DNA of 64,000 bases from Vicugna vicugna (Eukaryota), in assembly GCA_013265495.1 (NCBI GenBank), contig MU058065.1, forward strand, positions 6,944,302-7,008,301. The letters are read 5' to 3'. The notes below the pieces were generated by a model. The model was not told where the DNA came from. It searched no databases and was given only the letters and a program-made list of their open reading frames with translations. The stretch's first letter is position 1; the number at the start of each line of letters is the position of its first letter. Below are positions 39,901 to 51,099 of this stretch, in pieces. The position numbers were made by a program, and so were the translations under genes.

Positions 39901-41031
39901 CTCCAGTCTCTCCTACTGCAGCCTGTTTCCTCCTCTTCCTCTGGAAGTGTATTGAAGAAGTCTCTTCCTCCTGAGGACCTGAGACAATTAGTCTTTAAGC
40001 TGCAGAAAGCTTGTTCCCAATAGGAGGGCAGTTGATTAAGAGTAAGTGGAATTGAAGGTCATGGCCAGGAGAGGAGACAGCATAAGGGGGATGTAAGGAG
40101 CAAAACCAGCTCTCCTACCTGCCAGCTGTGTAATCTTGGCCATGTTATTTAATTTCTTGGCCCCTCAGTTTCCTCACCTGTAAAATGGAGTAACCCTGTG
40201 AACATTATGAGGACTGATGATCATGAAAGCGAAGAGGCCCATATTAAGCCCAGGGCATCATTAGTACCTGTTGAGTAATTATTATGATTGCAGTAACATT
40301 ATGAAAAGGCACCTGCAGACCAGGGCAAGGAAGAGGTAAGGCAAATGGGGACCCTAGGGTGCAAAATTGGAGGGGGTATCACTCTCAGGGTTGCGCACCC
40401 TGACGCTGAATGCCTCCTTAAATTTTTTGCCCTGAAAGCCTGAGTCTTGTCCCTGCCTTGCTGTGGACTCCCCGATTTGAGACTCTAGAGCAGGAAGATC
40501 CATGGAGAGCAAAGCCTTGCTGTCAAGTGGCACCAGGTCCAAACCTTGAGCTGGATTTGAGTTGTCCTGCCTAGAGGCTGGGGCATTCTGGAAGACCCTC
40601 GCGGCGCAATGAGTCAGCTGACCTCAGCTCTGGAAAGTCCGAGGTCCTTAAGATCCAGAGTTTGTCCTGGGATTGGGCAGTGGGTGGGGCCTGGCGGGGG
40701 TGGGGTGCCATCTTTGTTTGGGCTCCATCTTCTTCGTCTTTCTGCAGCTGAGCCTGTGTGTGGAGGAAGAACAGAGACTGCCAGGAGCTACCCAACTAAC
40801 CCTGCCTGCAGGCTGGCTGGGGACAGGCTGGGGGTCAGTGAGTGAGTTCATTGGTGGGCTTTACTGGGTGCCAGCCTGAGCCTGCCATGAACCTCACGGT
40901 GCGAGGCTGGGCGGGTTATACCTACACCTCTCTGCACCTCAGTTTTCCCATCTGTGAAATGGGGAGGGAGCAGCTGGTGTGTGAGTTTTCCCTCAGAGCT
41001 GATGTTCTGAGGAGTGGTGTGCAAGGATGGG

Positions 41032-41063
41032 GTGTGTGTGTGTGTGTGTGTGTGTTTGTGTGT
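41032..41063. repeat. Imperfect (GT)n microsatellite
   Basis: About 12 perfect units followed by an interruption. Confidence 0.9.
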
Positions 41064-41941
41064 TGAGTGCTGAAGGTAGGGTGACAGCTGAGGCCTAGTG
41101 GGTCTCTGCCAGCCATTGAGCTCTGGGGCTGTGGCCTCAGGAGACCACAGCCCTGATGGTCTGGGAGCTTCCCTGGAGCATACCCAAACCTCCCTGCAGG
41201 GCCTGGGGCGGGGTGACCTCAGGGGAGACCCCCCCAAACCCGGCCCTCCTGTTACCAATTCTCTTTCCCAGTAGCCCCAGAGTTGGCAGTGCCTGGGAAA
41301 CAGAGAAGCAGGACTTCAATCCCAGGAGGACTGGGGTGGAGGGGAGGGGCGGGGAGTGCAGCTTGCAGGCTGGGCGGTGTTTGCAAACACTGCAGGAAAA
41401 CACTGGGTGTTTAAGTCCGAAGGGGTTTTTGGAAATTTTTAGTTCTTCAGAATCCTCACCACCAGTACATTGAAGGCAAGCATCTGATGGCCGGCCTCCA
41501 GCTGGCACGGGGATGGGATGGGGGCTGACGGGCTGGTGCTCAGATGATTGCTGGCAGGGAGAGAAGTTTCTTTTGCACTGCTGAGGCCTGTGGTTTCTAA
41601 TATTGACTCCTTGGTCTGCACTGTGCCAGACCCAGGAGGGGCGGGGCAGGAGGGTCAAGGTGGGGCAGGGTGGGGTGGGGTGTCTGGGAGAGGGCCTGGC
41701 CCTGGGCGTGTGCGGGTGGAGATGATAAATAACAGCTCCCATTTACTGAGAGCGTCCTAAGTGTCAGGCCCTCTTCTAAGTGCTTTCTGTGCTTCATCTC
41801 ACTTGCTTCTCACAAAATAAGGCCTTGCAGTCTTGCCAAAGAGCAGCAAGGACAAAGTGACCTACCTAAGGTCACAGAATTGGTAGCAGAGGGAGTCAGG
41901 ACAAGGCCTGGCCATCTGTAGCCAATGCTGTTGGCTTAGGC

Positions 41942-42100
41942 TAGTGGTTTTCAAAATGTCATCCCTGGACCCGGAAACCTGTTAGAAATGCACATTTTCA
42001 GGTCCCTCCAACCTCTGCTGGATCCCACCCGGTAGGGAGGGCCCAGCTATATGTGTGTCTGTCAACAGTCCTCTAGGCGATTGGAAATTTGAGACCCCCG
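41942..42100. mobile_element. MER5A-like hAT-Charlie DNA transposon relic
   Basis: AGTGGTTTTCAAA...TGTTAGAAATGCA...GGGCCCAGC...TTTGAGA with degenerate terminal inverted repeats. Confidence 0.7.
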
Positions 42101-44374
42101 GCTCTCACTCTGCTCTGCCTAGAGTTGGGGTCTCTTGGGAGACTCCCCAGAGCAGGGCGAGGAGCTCTTAAGGGCTTGTAATGGGCCTGGGACAGGTACT
42201 CTGTCTCCAGTTTCTCCATCCCACCTAATTTCTGTCTTTCTGACCCTCCCTATCTAGGGAGGCTGGTGACTGTGAAGAGGGAGGGTTTTGGAGCTGGGAG
42301 ATCTGGGTTCAGATCTCAGTTGTGCTGTGTAGACTCTGTGCACAGAAGGTTCCTGCAGGCCTTCTCCTCCCCACAGGAGGCCAGAGCAGCTCCAAGAGGA
42401 GGCAACTGGGCTGCCCTGCCTCGCCGAGGGGTCTCCACCTGAGCATCCTAGAACCCTGGACCAGAAGAGACAGGCGGCAGGGTGTGGTCAGAGGGCTGGG
42501 GTGGGCTGGCACTGTTTCAGAGCACTCCCCTGGGTGTGGCTAGGTGGTGGTTGGAGGCTGGGGGAGACCCTGGTCCCAGTTGTCAGGTAGCTCCTAGGGC
42601 TCAGTCTAGGGCAGGGATCCCCAGGGGTTTCCGGGAGGCTCATTTTCCCCCTGCCCAGTGGCCTGTGGCTCAGGATTGTGGGATCTGGGGGCGGCTGGGT
42701 GAGGATTAGGATGGGGCTGGGAAGGGGCAGAATGTGGCATCTTTACTCCCCCTCCAGAGCCATCCTCAGACTCCAGGTGGGCCAGCCTAGCGGGGCTGAG
42801 GGAGGCTGGCTGATGTGCCTCCCCACCTCCTACTCTGTTCTGGACCCCGTCCTCCCTCAACCGTCCCAAGCTGCCTTGACCCTGAACTACACAGGAGGTT
42901 TCATCCACCTGGAGAGAAGTTTTGGCCTCAGCCTCCCGTCTTCCCAGCAGGAGGGGTGAAGTCTGGGCCCCTTTCATACAGAGCATGACTGCCTTTGGCT
43001 CAGCCCACTTCCTTCCTCCATGCCCATCTTGGCCCACTTCTCCTTCCAGATGCCAGGGCCTTTGAGGTCATTCTGTCCATCCCCCTGTCTTCAGACATGA
43101 GCAGCTCACCCTTAGGTCCCAGGGATTGGATTGGGCGGATGCTCCTCATTTTGAAACGCACTGTCTTAACCTGGTCTACACTCATCTCGGCAAAGGCTTG
43201 TTTCCATGACCTTGACAGCTGTGCTCACGCCTCCTTGTAGGGCCCAAGGGCCCTTCTAACTGAGCTGGGAACGGAGGCCTGGAGACTGTGGCCAGGAGCT
43301 GGCCCTGGCACGGGGAGTTTCTCTCTGGTGATCGGGAGTCTGAGGAGCTCACGTTTCAAGATGCCTTTAGTAGGAAGCACTTCTGTTGGTCTGAGCAAGG
43401 GAAGGATGGCACCGGGGTGAGGGACAGTCCAGTCCACCGGCGTTTATTGATGGTCCGCTCCACATAAACCGCAGTCCCCAGCATGAGGGACATGGCAACT
43501 GAGTTGGTAAAAATGCTGCTTTGACTCTGTTTCAGAGGCAGGGTGCATAAGAGTCGTAAGTAAAACAATAGTTGGAGAATTAGACATCTTCCCATGATGA
43601 GATTATTCATACCCTGAAGACCAAATAAGTGGCACAGATCCTGGAGGTCCAAGGTGTGAGAGAGAGCCCCCTCTTGCGGGGGTGTTCAGGGAGGGCTTCA
43701 TGGAGGAGGAAAAGAGAGGAAGCAGTTCTACAAACAAAGGCTTGGATGTGGGAATAGCAAGGGGTCTGGATGGAGCAGAGCTTTTGGGCATGAAAGCAGG
43801 TCTGTGAGGGGGCTGGGCCACTGGTGGGGGTGGCCCTTGAAAGGCCACTGAAGAGAGGACGCTGGCAGGCCCCTCACCCAGGGCTGCTGCAGTTTGATAC
43901 AGAGCACGAAGTGTAGAGACCCAAGATGGGGTTCTAACCCGTTGTCCTTCTTTGTAGTCGGTGACTTTGGGCCACTCATCTAATTTCTCCTTATTTGTAA
44001 AGTGGGGCTCAAAGCTAGTAATGTAGCTACCTCACTGAGTTCTTGTGAATAAATGAAACGGTCAATGTAGGTGCGCTTACCTGGTGTGTGGGAACAAGAG
44101 TAACTTACTTGCTCCTTGCTCCTTTTTGGCTGTCTGAGTTATTGGCCTTGGTGAGGTGTGTCCAGCTGGATGGTTCGAGTACTAATAGGACAGTTTGTCA
44201 TTTTCCAAACTCTGCCCCCCAAGCTTGGGGTCAGCGCATCTGTCTGAGTCTTGGCTGGCGCCATCGCCGTGCCTCAGGACGCTTTCTGCCCATCACAGCC
44301 ACTGGCCCTGGGGAGAGAGCCAACCTGGGGAGGTTTGCCCTGAGGCCTCATGCTGTTTCTCCTTCTGCCCACAG

Positions 44375-44416
44375 CCCGTCAACACTGAGAGCGCTCCAAA
44401 GAATGTAGTTGAGAAA
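44375..44416 (+). CDS. TNS1: Tensin-1 linker exon, 42 nt, PVNTESAPKNVVEK; donor non-canonical or lost
   Basis: Good acceptor (ttctccttctgcccacag); peptide matches recalled human PITTENAPKNVVDK; but the expected donor reads AAA|GCAGAA. Confidence 0.55.
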
Positions 44417-44794
44417 GCAGAAGGAGGATTGGGAGGAAAGTGAACAGATGTGTTTGGGGACACTCTTCTGGAGTAGATTTGGGGAACTTGAGGGAAGGGT
44501 GGGGACATGAATGACGTTGGGAGCCGGACATCTGACCATCCCCTTGTGTGTTTGGAAATGGACTGCAGAGGAACTAGGCTGGGGGAGAGGGAGAGGCCAG
44601 TGGTTAAATGTGGACTTCTTTATTAAATATGTAGAATGTGAGAAAGCCAGGCAGATCTTTCCAAACCCATCTCCCTGACTTAGCAGAGAGACACTTTCCT
44701 CAAGGCTGCGTGGAGGAGGCAGGGAAGGAAGTGAGTGAGTCCAGCAGAGGGAAAACTGAGGCTGACAGCTGAGAGGCATCTCTTGGCCATGGCC

Positions 44795-44940
44795 AGCATG
44801 GAATAATGGGCTTGGAGACTGAGGACTTGGGTTTACAGCCTAACTACTCCAAGGTTCTATTTGTGTGACTGTAGGCAAGTCATGAACCTGTCTGTGCCTC
44901 AGTTTCATCATCTGCAAAATGGGAATAGTAATAATGTCCC
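44795..44940 (+). mobile_element. MIR SINE
   Basis: TGTGTGACTGTAGGCAAGTCATGAACCTGTCTGTGCCTCAGTTTCATCATCTGCAAAATGGGAATAGTAATA. Confidence 0.8.
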
Positions 44941-45154
44941 CGAGGAGAGGTCAGGAGACACAAATGGAGGGTGTGATTAGCTCTGAGGAGCCTTTAGTGG
45001 ACAAAAAGATTCTACGCAAACAGCCGAGCCCCTTGCCAGGCCCTTCTGCCAAGCTCCTAACCCGACCACTGCCACACCCAACTGGATAAAGACCTGGTAA
45101 CTTTTGGTGACTTTCCTTGATCCCCCTCTCTGACTGCCTTTTCTTTGTCTCCAG

Positions 45155-45205
45155 GGAGAAGGAGCCTTCCGGGGTGGAAGCACACGGAAAAGCCTTGAGG
45201 AAGAG
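45155..45205 (+). CDS. TNS1: Tensin-1 linker exon, 51 nt, GEGAFRGGSTRKSLEEE
   Basis: Acceptor ttttctttgtctccag; donor GAG|GTCAGT; phase 0-0; matches recalled human GEGASRGGNTRKSLEDN. Confidence 0.9.
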
Positions 45206-48200
45206 GTCAGTATAGGCAGGAGGAGGACAAAGATGCGGCCGGGCCCCTGGTGCCTGAGGTGGGGGGTGGACCATGTCCCACACTTTTGTTTGGTGGGGCC
45301 TCCCCTTAAGGCCCGCTTTCCAGAAGGGCAGGCAGGGGTTGCTCAGCTCAATTACAGAGCCAGGAGAGGGGCTGGGAGGGTGAGCAGGCCCCATTACTTG
45401 GGTACTAGATCCCAGTCTTAGCTTCAGCCTCCAGCTCAGCTGGATCCGGAGCTCATTTGCCATCACTTAGGCGGACTCAGTGCTGCAGGGTGGGAGGAAG
45501 GAGAGAGGGGGCCTGCTGTGCTGTGCGAGGCCTGGCTGGGTGGTGAGCAGTCACCAAGGTAAGGACCAGGGGAAGGGGCAACGCCGCAGCAGGAGGAACT
45601 AAGGGCGGAGATGAAGAGGGACTCCCGGGATCTTAGAGGGAATCGCAGGCTCTGCTTCTCTGGAGAGAGGAGGCTTTGAAAATGTCCTAAATGCTGCTGG
45701 TTCAGGAGGAAGCTGGAAGATGGTTGATCTCTCAGGACTCCTCCTGCCCTGCGGTTTTGGTGGAGGGTGATGGGCAAATTCCTTACGTGGAAGGACCTCA
45801 AGGAAGGCAAGAGGAGCTCTTCCGGGACCCCGCTTCCAGCTGTGCTCGTGTCTGGGCTCGTTTTCACAACCCCAGGGGCAGAGGCCCGGCCAAGTTGGGC
45901 CTTTCTCTTTCTTCCCCGCCCTTCTCTGACAGTTTGCCCCTCTGCTGGCCTCTCCATCCTTGCCTGCCCTGATCTGCAGAGGAACAGGGAGTGGTTTTGG
46001 CGGTTGGCACGGGGGGAGCTGTTGATGGCATGAGGCCCTATCATCTGACAGCTGCCTGACCCACGGCAGGGAGGGCCTCAAAGGAAGGTACTGGGCTCCC
46101 GCGGGCAGCCACACTTCTGTGGTGAGCCTGCCGCTGCCGCCACATTGCCCAGGGGCAGCCCTGCACAGCCAGCCCTGCGAGGTGGAGGTGTCCCAGGGGC
46201 TACACAGAGCCCCTCCAGGAGGAGCAGGACAATGCCTCTCAAATTAGTGGGGAAGGCTCTGTTCAAGGTATGCATGGGTCCTGTGGGCACGGAGTACCCA
46301 TGCTGGTGTGGGACCCTTGTCCGAGTTTGTGATGTTTCTGGGGCTGGGGTGCAGGGAAGAAATTAATTTTTGTGTACCTACTACTAAGGATTAACTAGCT
46401 TAATGTACACAAGGTGTATAATATGTGCTCAATAAAAATGGGAGCCATTCTTCTTATTGTTATTTTGGCTAAGGGCCAGGAGCTGGGCTGGGTCTTTTTT
46501 TGATCCTCATGACATCCCACTGTGGCAGATGCTGAGACCCCATTTTATAGATGAGGAAACAGAGGCTTGGAGGGGTTCACTGACTCGATAAATGTCTTCT
46601 CCATCCCATCCCGGGACGGCTGCCTGGATCTGGTGTTTCCAGGACTCTTGATCTTTGGCCAAGGGACAGGGTGACGGCGTGTGAACCAAGCCATTTAGCC
46701 AATGATCTGGACACTCTTATAAGCTGAATCCTAGAGCAGTTGTTCCCCGCAACCCCAGCCTCGGCCAGACAGATTTTACAAGGTAAAGCTGCAGCAAAAG
46801 AGACTGAAGTCAGACATCATGAGGAACTTTTTGGCACGAGGATATGTGTGACCTTGATCCTGGGAGAGAAAGAGATTGCTGTTTAGTTGGGATTAGGGGT
46901 GTGTGGTTTTTTGTTTTTTAAGGAAAAAGTTCTGTTGATCTGGGATGAAAGTGGGTATGTCTGTGTGTCAGCAGTGGGTAAGGATGCCGTCTTGTCTGGA
47001 TATGGGAGAAGGGACATGATGAGTTTTGCTCTCGTTCATCTAAAGTTGTTCATGAAAGACTAAGCGAGTGAGCAGATTCCAGAATGGTCTGGATACTGCA
47101 GAGGAGGAGAGAAAACCTCTCCTCAGGTTCCCAAACACCTGTCCCGGGCTGAGTGATCCCAGGGTCACCGAGTCGGTCCCCTGCCCATCCACAGGTCTTT
47201 CCTGCCATCTGCCCGGGGTGAGAAGACCACTTTTCAGGGCAGCATGGTTGCTGCCCTGGGCCTGCTGCTGTGATAATAATGTGCCTGTTTGTTGGGCTGC
47301 TTTCCTGTCTCTGGCCTGCCGCCCAGGACTCACAGGGCAGGAATGGCTGTTTTCCTCTGACGGGGTTGGTGTGTAGCAGCGTTTGTGGATGGTGTGCTGT
47401 GTCGCACTTTGTTTTGGAAAAATCCAGGCTGGTGGGCAGGAAGGAGAGAGGAAGGGGTGTGGCTGGAGGGGCTGGTGCGGAGGGGAGGGTGTGGTTACAG
47501 CCCCCAGAGGAGACATAGGGATGGGGAAGGGCCCTTGACGTAGATTGGTCACTGATCTCTGGCTGCTTGACATGGCTCCTGGCGTTGCTTCCAGACCCTC
47601 CTCCCAACTGTGCCCCCTGGGGACTTGGGCTCAGGAAACAGCTTTTCTTTTGGTCCAGAGCTGTAGTGTTTGGTCTGTGGACCTCAAAGGAAGGCAAGAC
47701 TCTTCCCACACAGTCATTGCTCCAAACCAACCCCGCCCAGATCCTGGGGTTCCCACTCTTGCTGCGTGGTGGTGGGAGAGGAAGAGAGCAAAAAACGGAG
47801 CCGAGGGTCATAGATCTTGAGCTGCTCAGGAGTGTCTGAGCGGTGGTCAGCAGCTCCCACCTGCAGTGAGGACTAAGGCCAACAGAGTTGGCCTAATCTG
47901 CAGCAGGAAGGGCGAGGGTTAGATACCAGGAGGAACTGCCTGATAGTAAGAGAAGTAAGACACCGTTTTGGGAAGGCTGTGGAATTTCCTTACACAGTGT
48001 CCTGTAAGCAAAGGAGAGACTTGTTTCCTAGGGAGCTGGATCAAAAGTCCTATTATTGGTCCCTGTCTTGGGAGGGCCAGGGAGGAAGTTCAAACCATGT
48101 GGGTAAAGGGCTTTGAAAGTCTTGGAGAGGGAAAGAATGGGATTACGGGCAGACAGAGAGCTAGTTTTCTTTATAAAATAAAATCTTTGGAGTACTCTGT

Positions 48201-48944
48201 AAAGCCTCCGGTAGTTTCTCCCAGAGGCTCTAAGTGGAAAGGGTCAATTACATGCGATTGTGTTGTACCCATTTTACATATTGGTCAAAGAGACCAAGCG
48301 GCTGCTTCTCACACTGGCTGCGTGGATGAGTATCTTCCTTTGCAGAATATAAGCTCTCTGAGGTCGGGGGCCTCAAGCACAGCCAGTGGACTCAGTGAAG
48401 TTCACTGCATGAGGGAATGCATGCAATGATGGGGAGGAGAGGGGACTGCATCCCTCTTGAAAAAGGCCTGTGTAATGAGGCACGCAGCGGAAGGCTGTCT
48501 CCAGCCCTGTGTGTGTGAGGTCACTGTGTTTCTTGAAGCGTTTTATGCTGCTCACATCCCCCTCCCTGCCCCCCAGCCCTTGTGTGGTTCTCTGTTCTCC
48601 CTGTGACTCTGTGTCCACCAGCGCTCAAACAGGTTACCTGTGCAAGTCTGTTTTCTGCCAGCGAGCGTCACATGCCCGAAAACTTTGCAGAAAACAGGAA
48701 GCCCTGTCAGTTAGAAGGCGGCCCAGTGATTCATCAGGGGATGACCGTCCAGCTGTTCGTCCCTGTCCTCCACGCTGGGGTCACTGTCCAAGGCAGCTTC
48801 CTCCCGTTTCCCTTCCCCGGCTGGCCCAGCGGAGCAGAGCCGGCTTGGACTTTGTCTTATCACCTCTGGAGGCGGCATGGCCAGACTCTGTTAGGGCCAA
48901 GTTTTTATTTATCTTCCCTGGCTTTTTTGGGGTGGGGAGGCTGA

Positions 48945-49465
48945 GGAATGTGGAATGTTGTAACATTGGGAAGGGGGGTGGAGAAACGGGAGCTGGCTCT
49001 CTGGCCCTGCTCATCCTCCTTACCCCTGCGCCCGTGGAGGCTCCCGGCTCCCCTCAGCTCCCCCGTCCCCTTGCCAAGCCCGGCTCAATATCCCATTGTC
49101 TCCCTGCAGCTCCCTGGGCCTGGCCCTGTGATCCTGGCCACACCTCCAGCCTTGGCTCTGGTTGTGGCTTCCAGTTGTTAGAAGCAGCTGTGGTGGCCTC
49201 CTCCAAACAGGGCTATGGATCAGCAGCAGACGGAACCCGAGGGGCTATTTATAGCAGGGTGGCCCTGGGGCCTGGAGCGGGGCCTAGGGCCTGGGGAGGT
49301 TCAGCGGCTCCTCATCAGGGGCCAGTGAAACGGAGACGGATGAAGTGTGGGGTTTCTGCGTTCCTCTGGGTGGGTAGTTTTGGAACAGCCCGGTTTGGGT
49401 CTTGAAAACCAAACACAACTCAACCCCTCCTTACCGCCCACCCCCAACCCCCCACGCCTGACTCA
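48945..49465. promoter_or_regulatory. Candidate intronic enhancer (TEAD x2, E-box, MEF2, AP-1)
   Basis: GGAATG at 48945 and 48952, CAGCTG 49185, CTATTTATAG 49245-49254, TGACTCA 49459-49465 in repeat-poor, CpG-retaining DNA. Confidence 0.4.
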
Positions 49466-50921
49466 TGCAAACCCGAGTCCTCAGGGCCAGGAGAGCTGTG
49501 GAGACAGAGAAACTTTCCGCCCCGACAGTCCCACTTGGCTGTTTCCTCCTGCTGCTGCCTCCAAGGCTGAGCTGTTCAGAGCTGGGCGGCAGCCCAGGCG
49601 GAGGGAACTCTGGCCACAGCCTTCTTACGGGAGGCTGGATGGAGGGGCCTCCTCTTAGTGGGGCTGCCCTGGCTTTGGGCTCAGCTGGGAGCTGGGCCAT
49701 GGAGCCCACCCACCCCTGCCTCGTAGGCGCTGCTGGACCTGGAGAGGGCTGAAGGGGGCTTCTCTTCTTGCGGCCCCAGTGGTCCAGCCCGAAGTCAAGG
49801 TGAATCCTGCCAGTCATCACTGTGGGGGTGAGTTACTGTGGCCTTGGTTTCTCCTCTCCTTGGTGGGATTGTGGTCCTGCCTCCTCTGAGACGTGGATGT
49901 GTATTGGTGGTCAGGAAAGGCTGGTTCTGGGGAGTCTCAGGGATGTTTGGAAGGTGCCAGTGGGCTCAGAGAGCTCTGCCTGAGTCTGGGAATCTACCAG
50001 TTGGTGTCTGATTTGCGTCGAGTGAGGTGGCTGAAAGGATGGGTGGCAGCTGGTGATGCTGGATTTTGATTTTCTGTAGAGGTGAATGTTTGGTTATATC
50101 TCTGACTCCCTTTTTAATTGTCCTTGATGTAATAACGGTACCAACATCTAAGTGCCTTCTGGGCACAGTTCTTTTTGATCTTCAAACAACCCCATAAGGA
50201 TTGTCCCGTCTTACACGTGACATTTCAGAGGCTCAGAGCGTTAAGGAATGCAAGGCTGCCCAGCAGGATGCTGTGGGACTCTGACCCTGTGCTTTCATCA
50301 CTGAGCCATTGGGATGTCCTGGGATATACTGGACACCAGCTTGGGTTCCTTGGCCTAATTTTGTACAAGTTGATAACCCTGGGAAGGGGAGCGAGTGAAT
50401 GGGGGGTGGTGACAGATGCTGGGCAGTGGGTCCTTAGGAGTGTGATTTGCTGCCTAGCACTGGTCTTGGTTACTGCCAACCATGCCTGATTTCTTCTTGC
50501 CTCAAAACTTTTGATAGAATGAGCCGGTGTTGCTGCTTTAAAGGAGAGAGGCGCGTGGGCTGCTGGTGGTCGGAGGAGAAATGTTCAGAGCTAGGCAGAG
50601 GGTGGCCCGCACGCTCATCTTTCCTTCTTTCATGCTTGCGATCTCTATTCTCCACTTGGGGTTGCTATTCCGATGTCCAGCGAATCAAGATGAAATGGGT
50701 TTCCATCAGTTTAGTGACAGTTTTATTGAGCGTGGACTCAGCGGAGATAGCAGGTGTGGTGCATTTCTCAGCATTTGGGATTTCCTCCTTGTCTGGGGAA
50801 GGAAAGCCTTCCCCTAGGGAGGCTCGCAAGCACACGGGCACACTCACGTGGGATTGGCATTGATTGCTTTTGGCTTTGGGTTGCTGTGTTGCTGGGGCTT
50901 TAGGGTGCCTGGGCTGGAATT

Positions 50922-51049
50922 CTGGCAGAGGTAGGAGAGGAGAATCTGTTTGCCCATGGTCCTGACTGCTCCCATGGACAGCTCTCTGCTGCAGTCTTGC
51001 TGTCCTGCTGGCCTCCTCCCTAATGCTACTTCTCTTCTCTCTTTCCCAG
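50922..51049 (+). ncRNA. 5'-tailed mirtron-like hairpin, probable ortholog of human miR-6809
   Basis: 50922-50942 pairs with 51029-51049 at 19 of 21 positions (4 G:U) and the 3' arm ends at the acceptor AG. The 3' arm closely resembles recalled hsa-miR-6809-3p, a TNS1-intronic miRNA. Expression not shown. Confidence 0.5.
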
Positions 51050-51099
51050 GGCTCCACCAGAGTCACGCCAAGTGTCCAGCCCCATCCCCAGCCCATCAG
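51050..51099 (+). CDS. TNS1: Tensin-1 linker exon, 50 nt, GSTRVTPSVQPHPQPI(R)
   Basis: Branch-point-like CTAAT (51020-51024), strong pyrimidine tract and CAG; donor CAG|GTATGC; phase 0-2 joins the next exon in frame (AG+A = Arg). Confidence 0.92.

Noticed and set aside
48509..49405. 298-aa plus-strand ORF
   Set aside because: Non-ATG start, no recognisable homology; expected by chance in GC-rich DNA.
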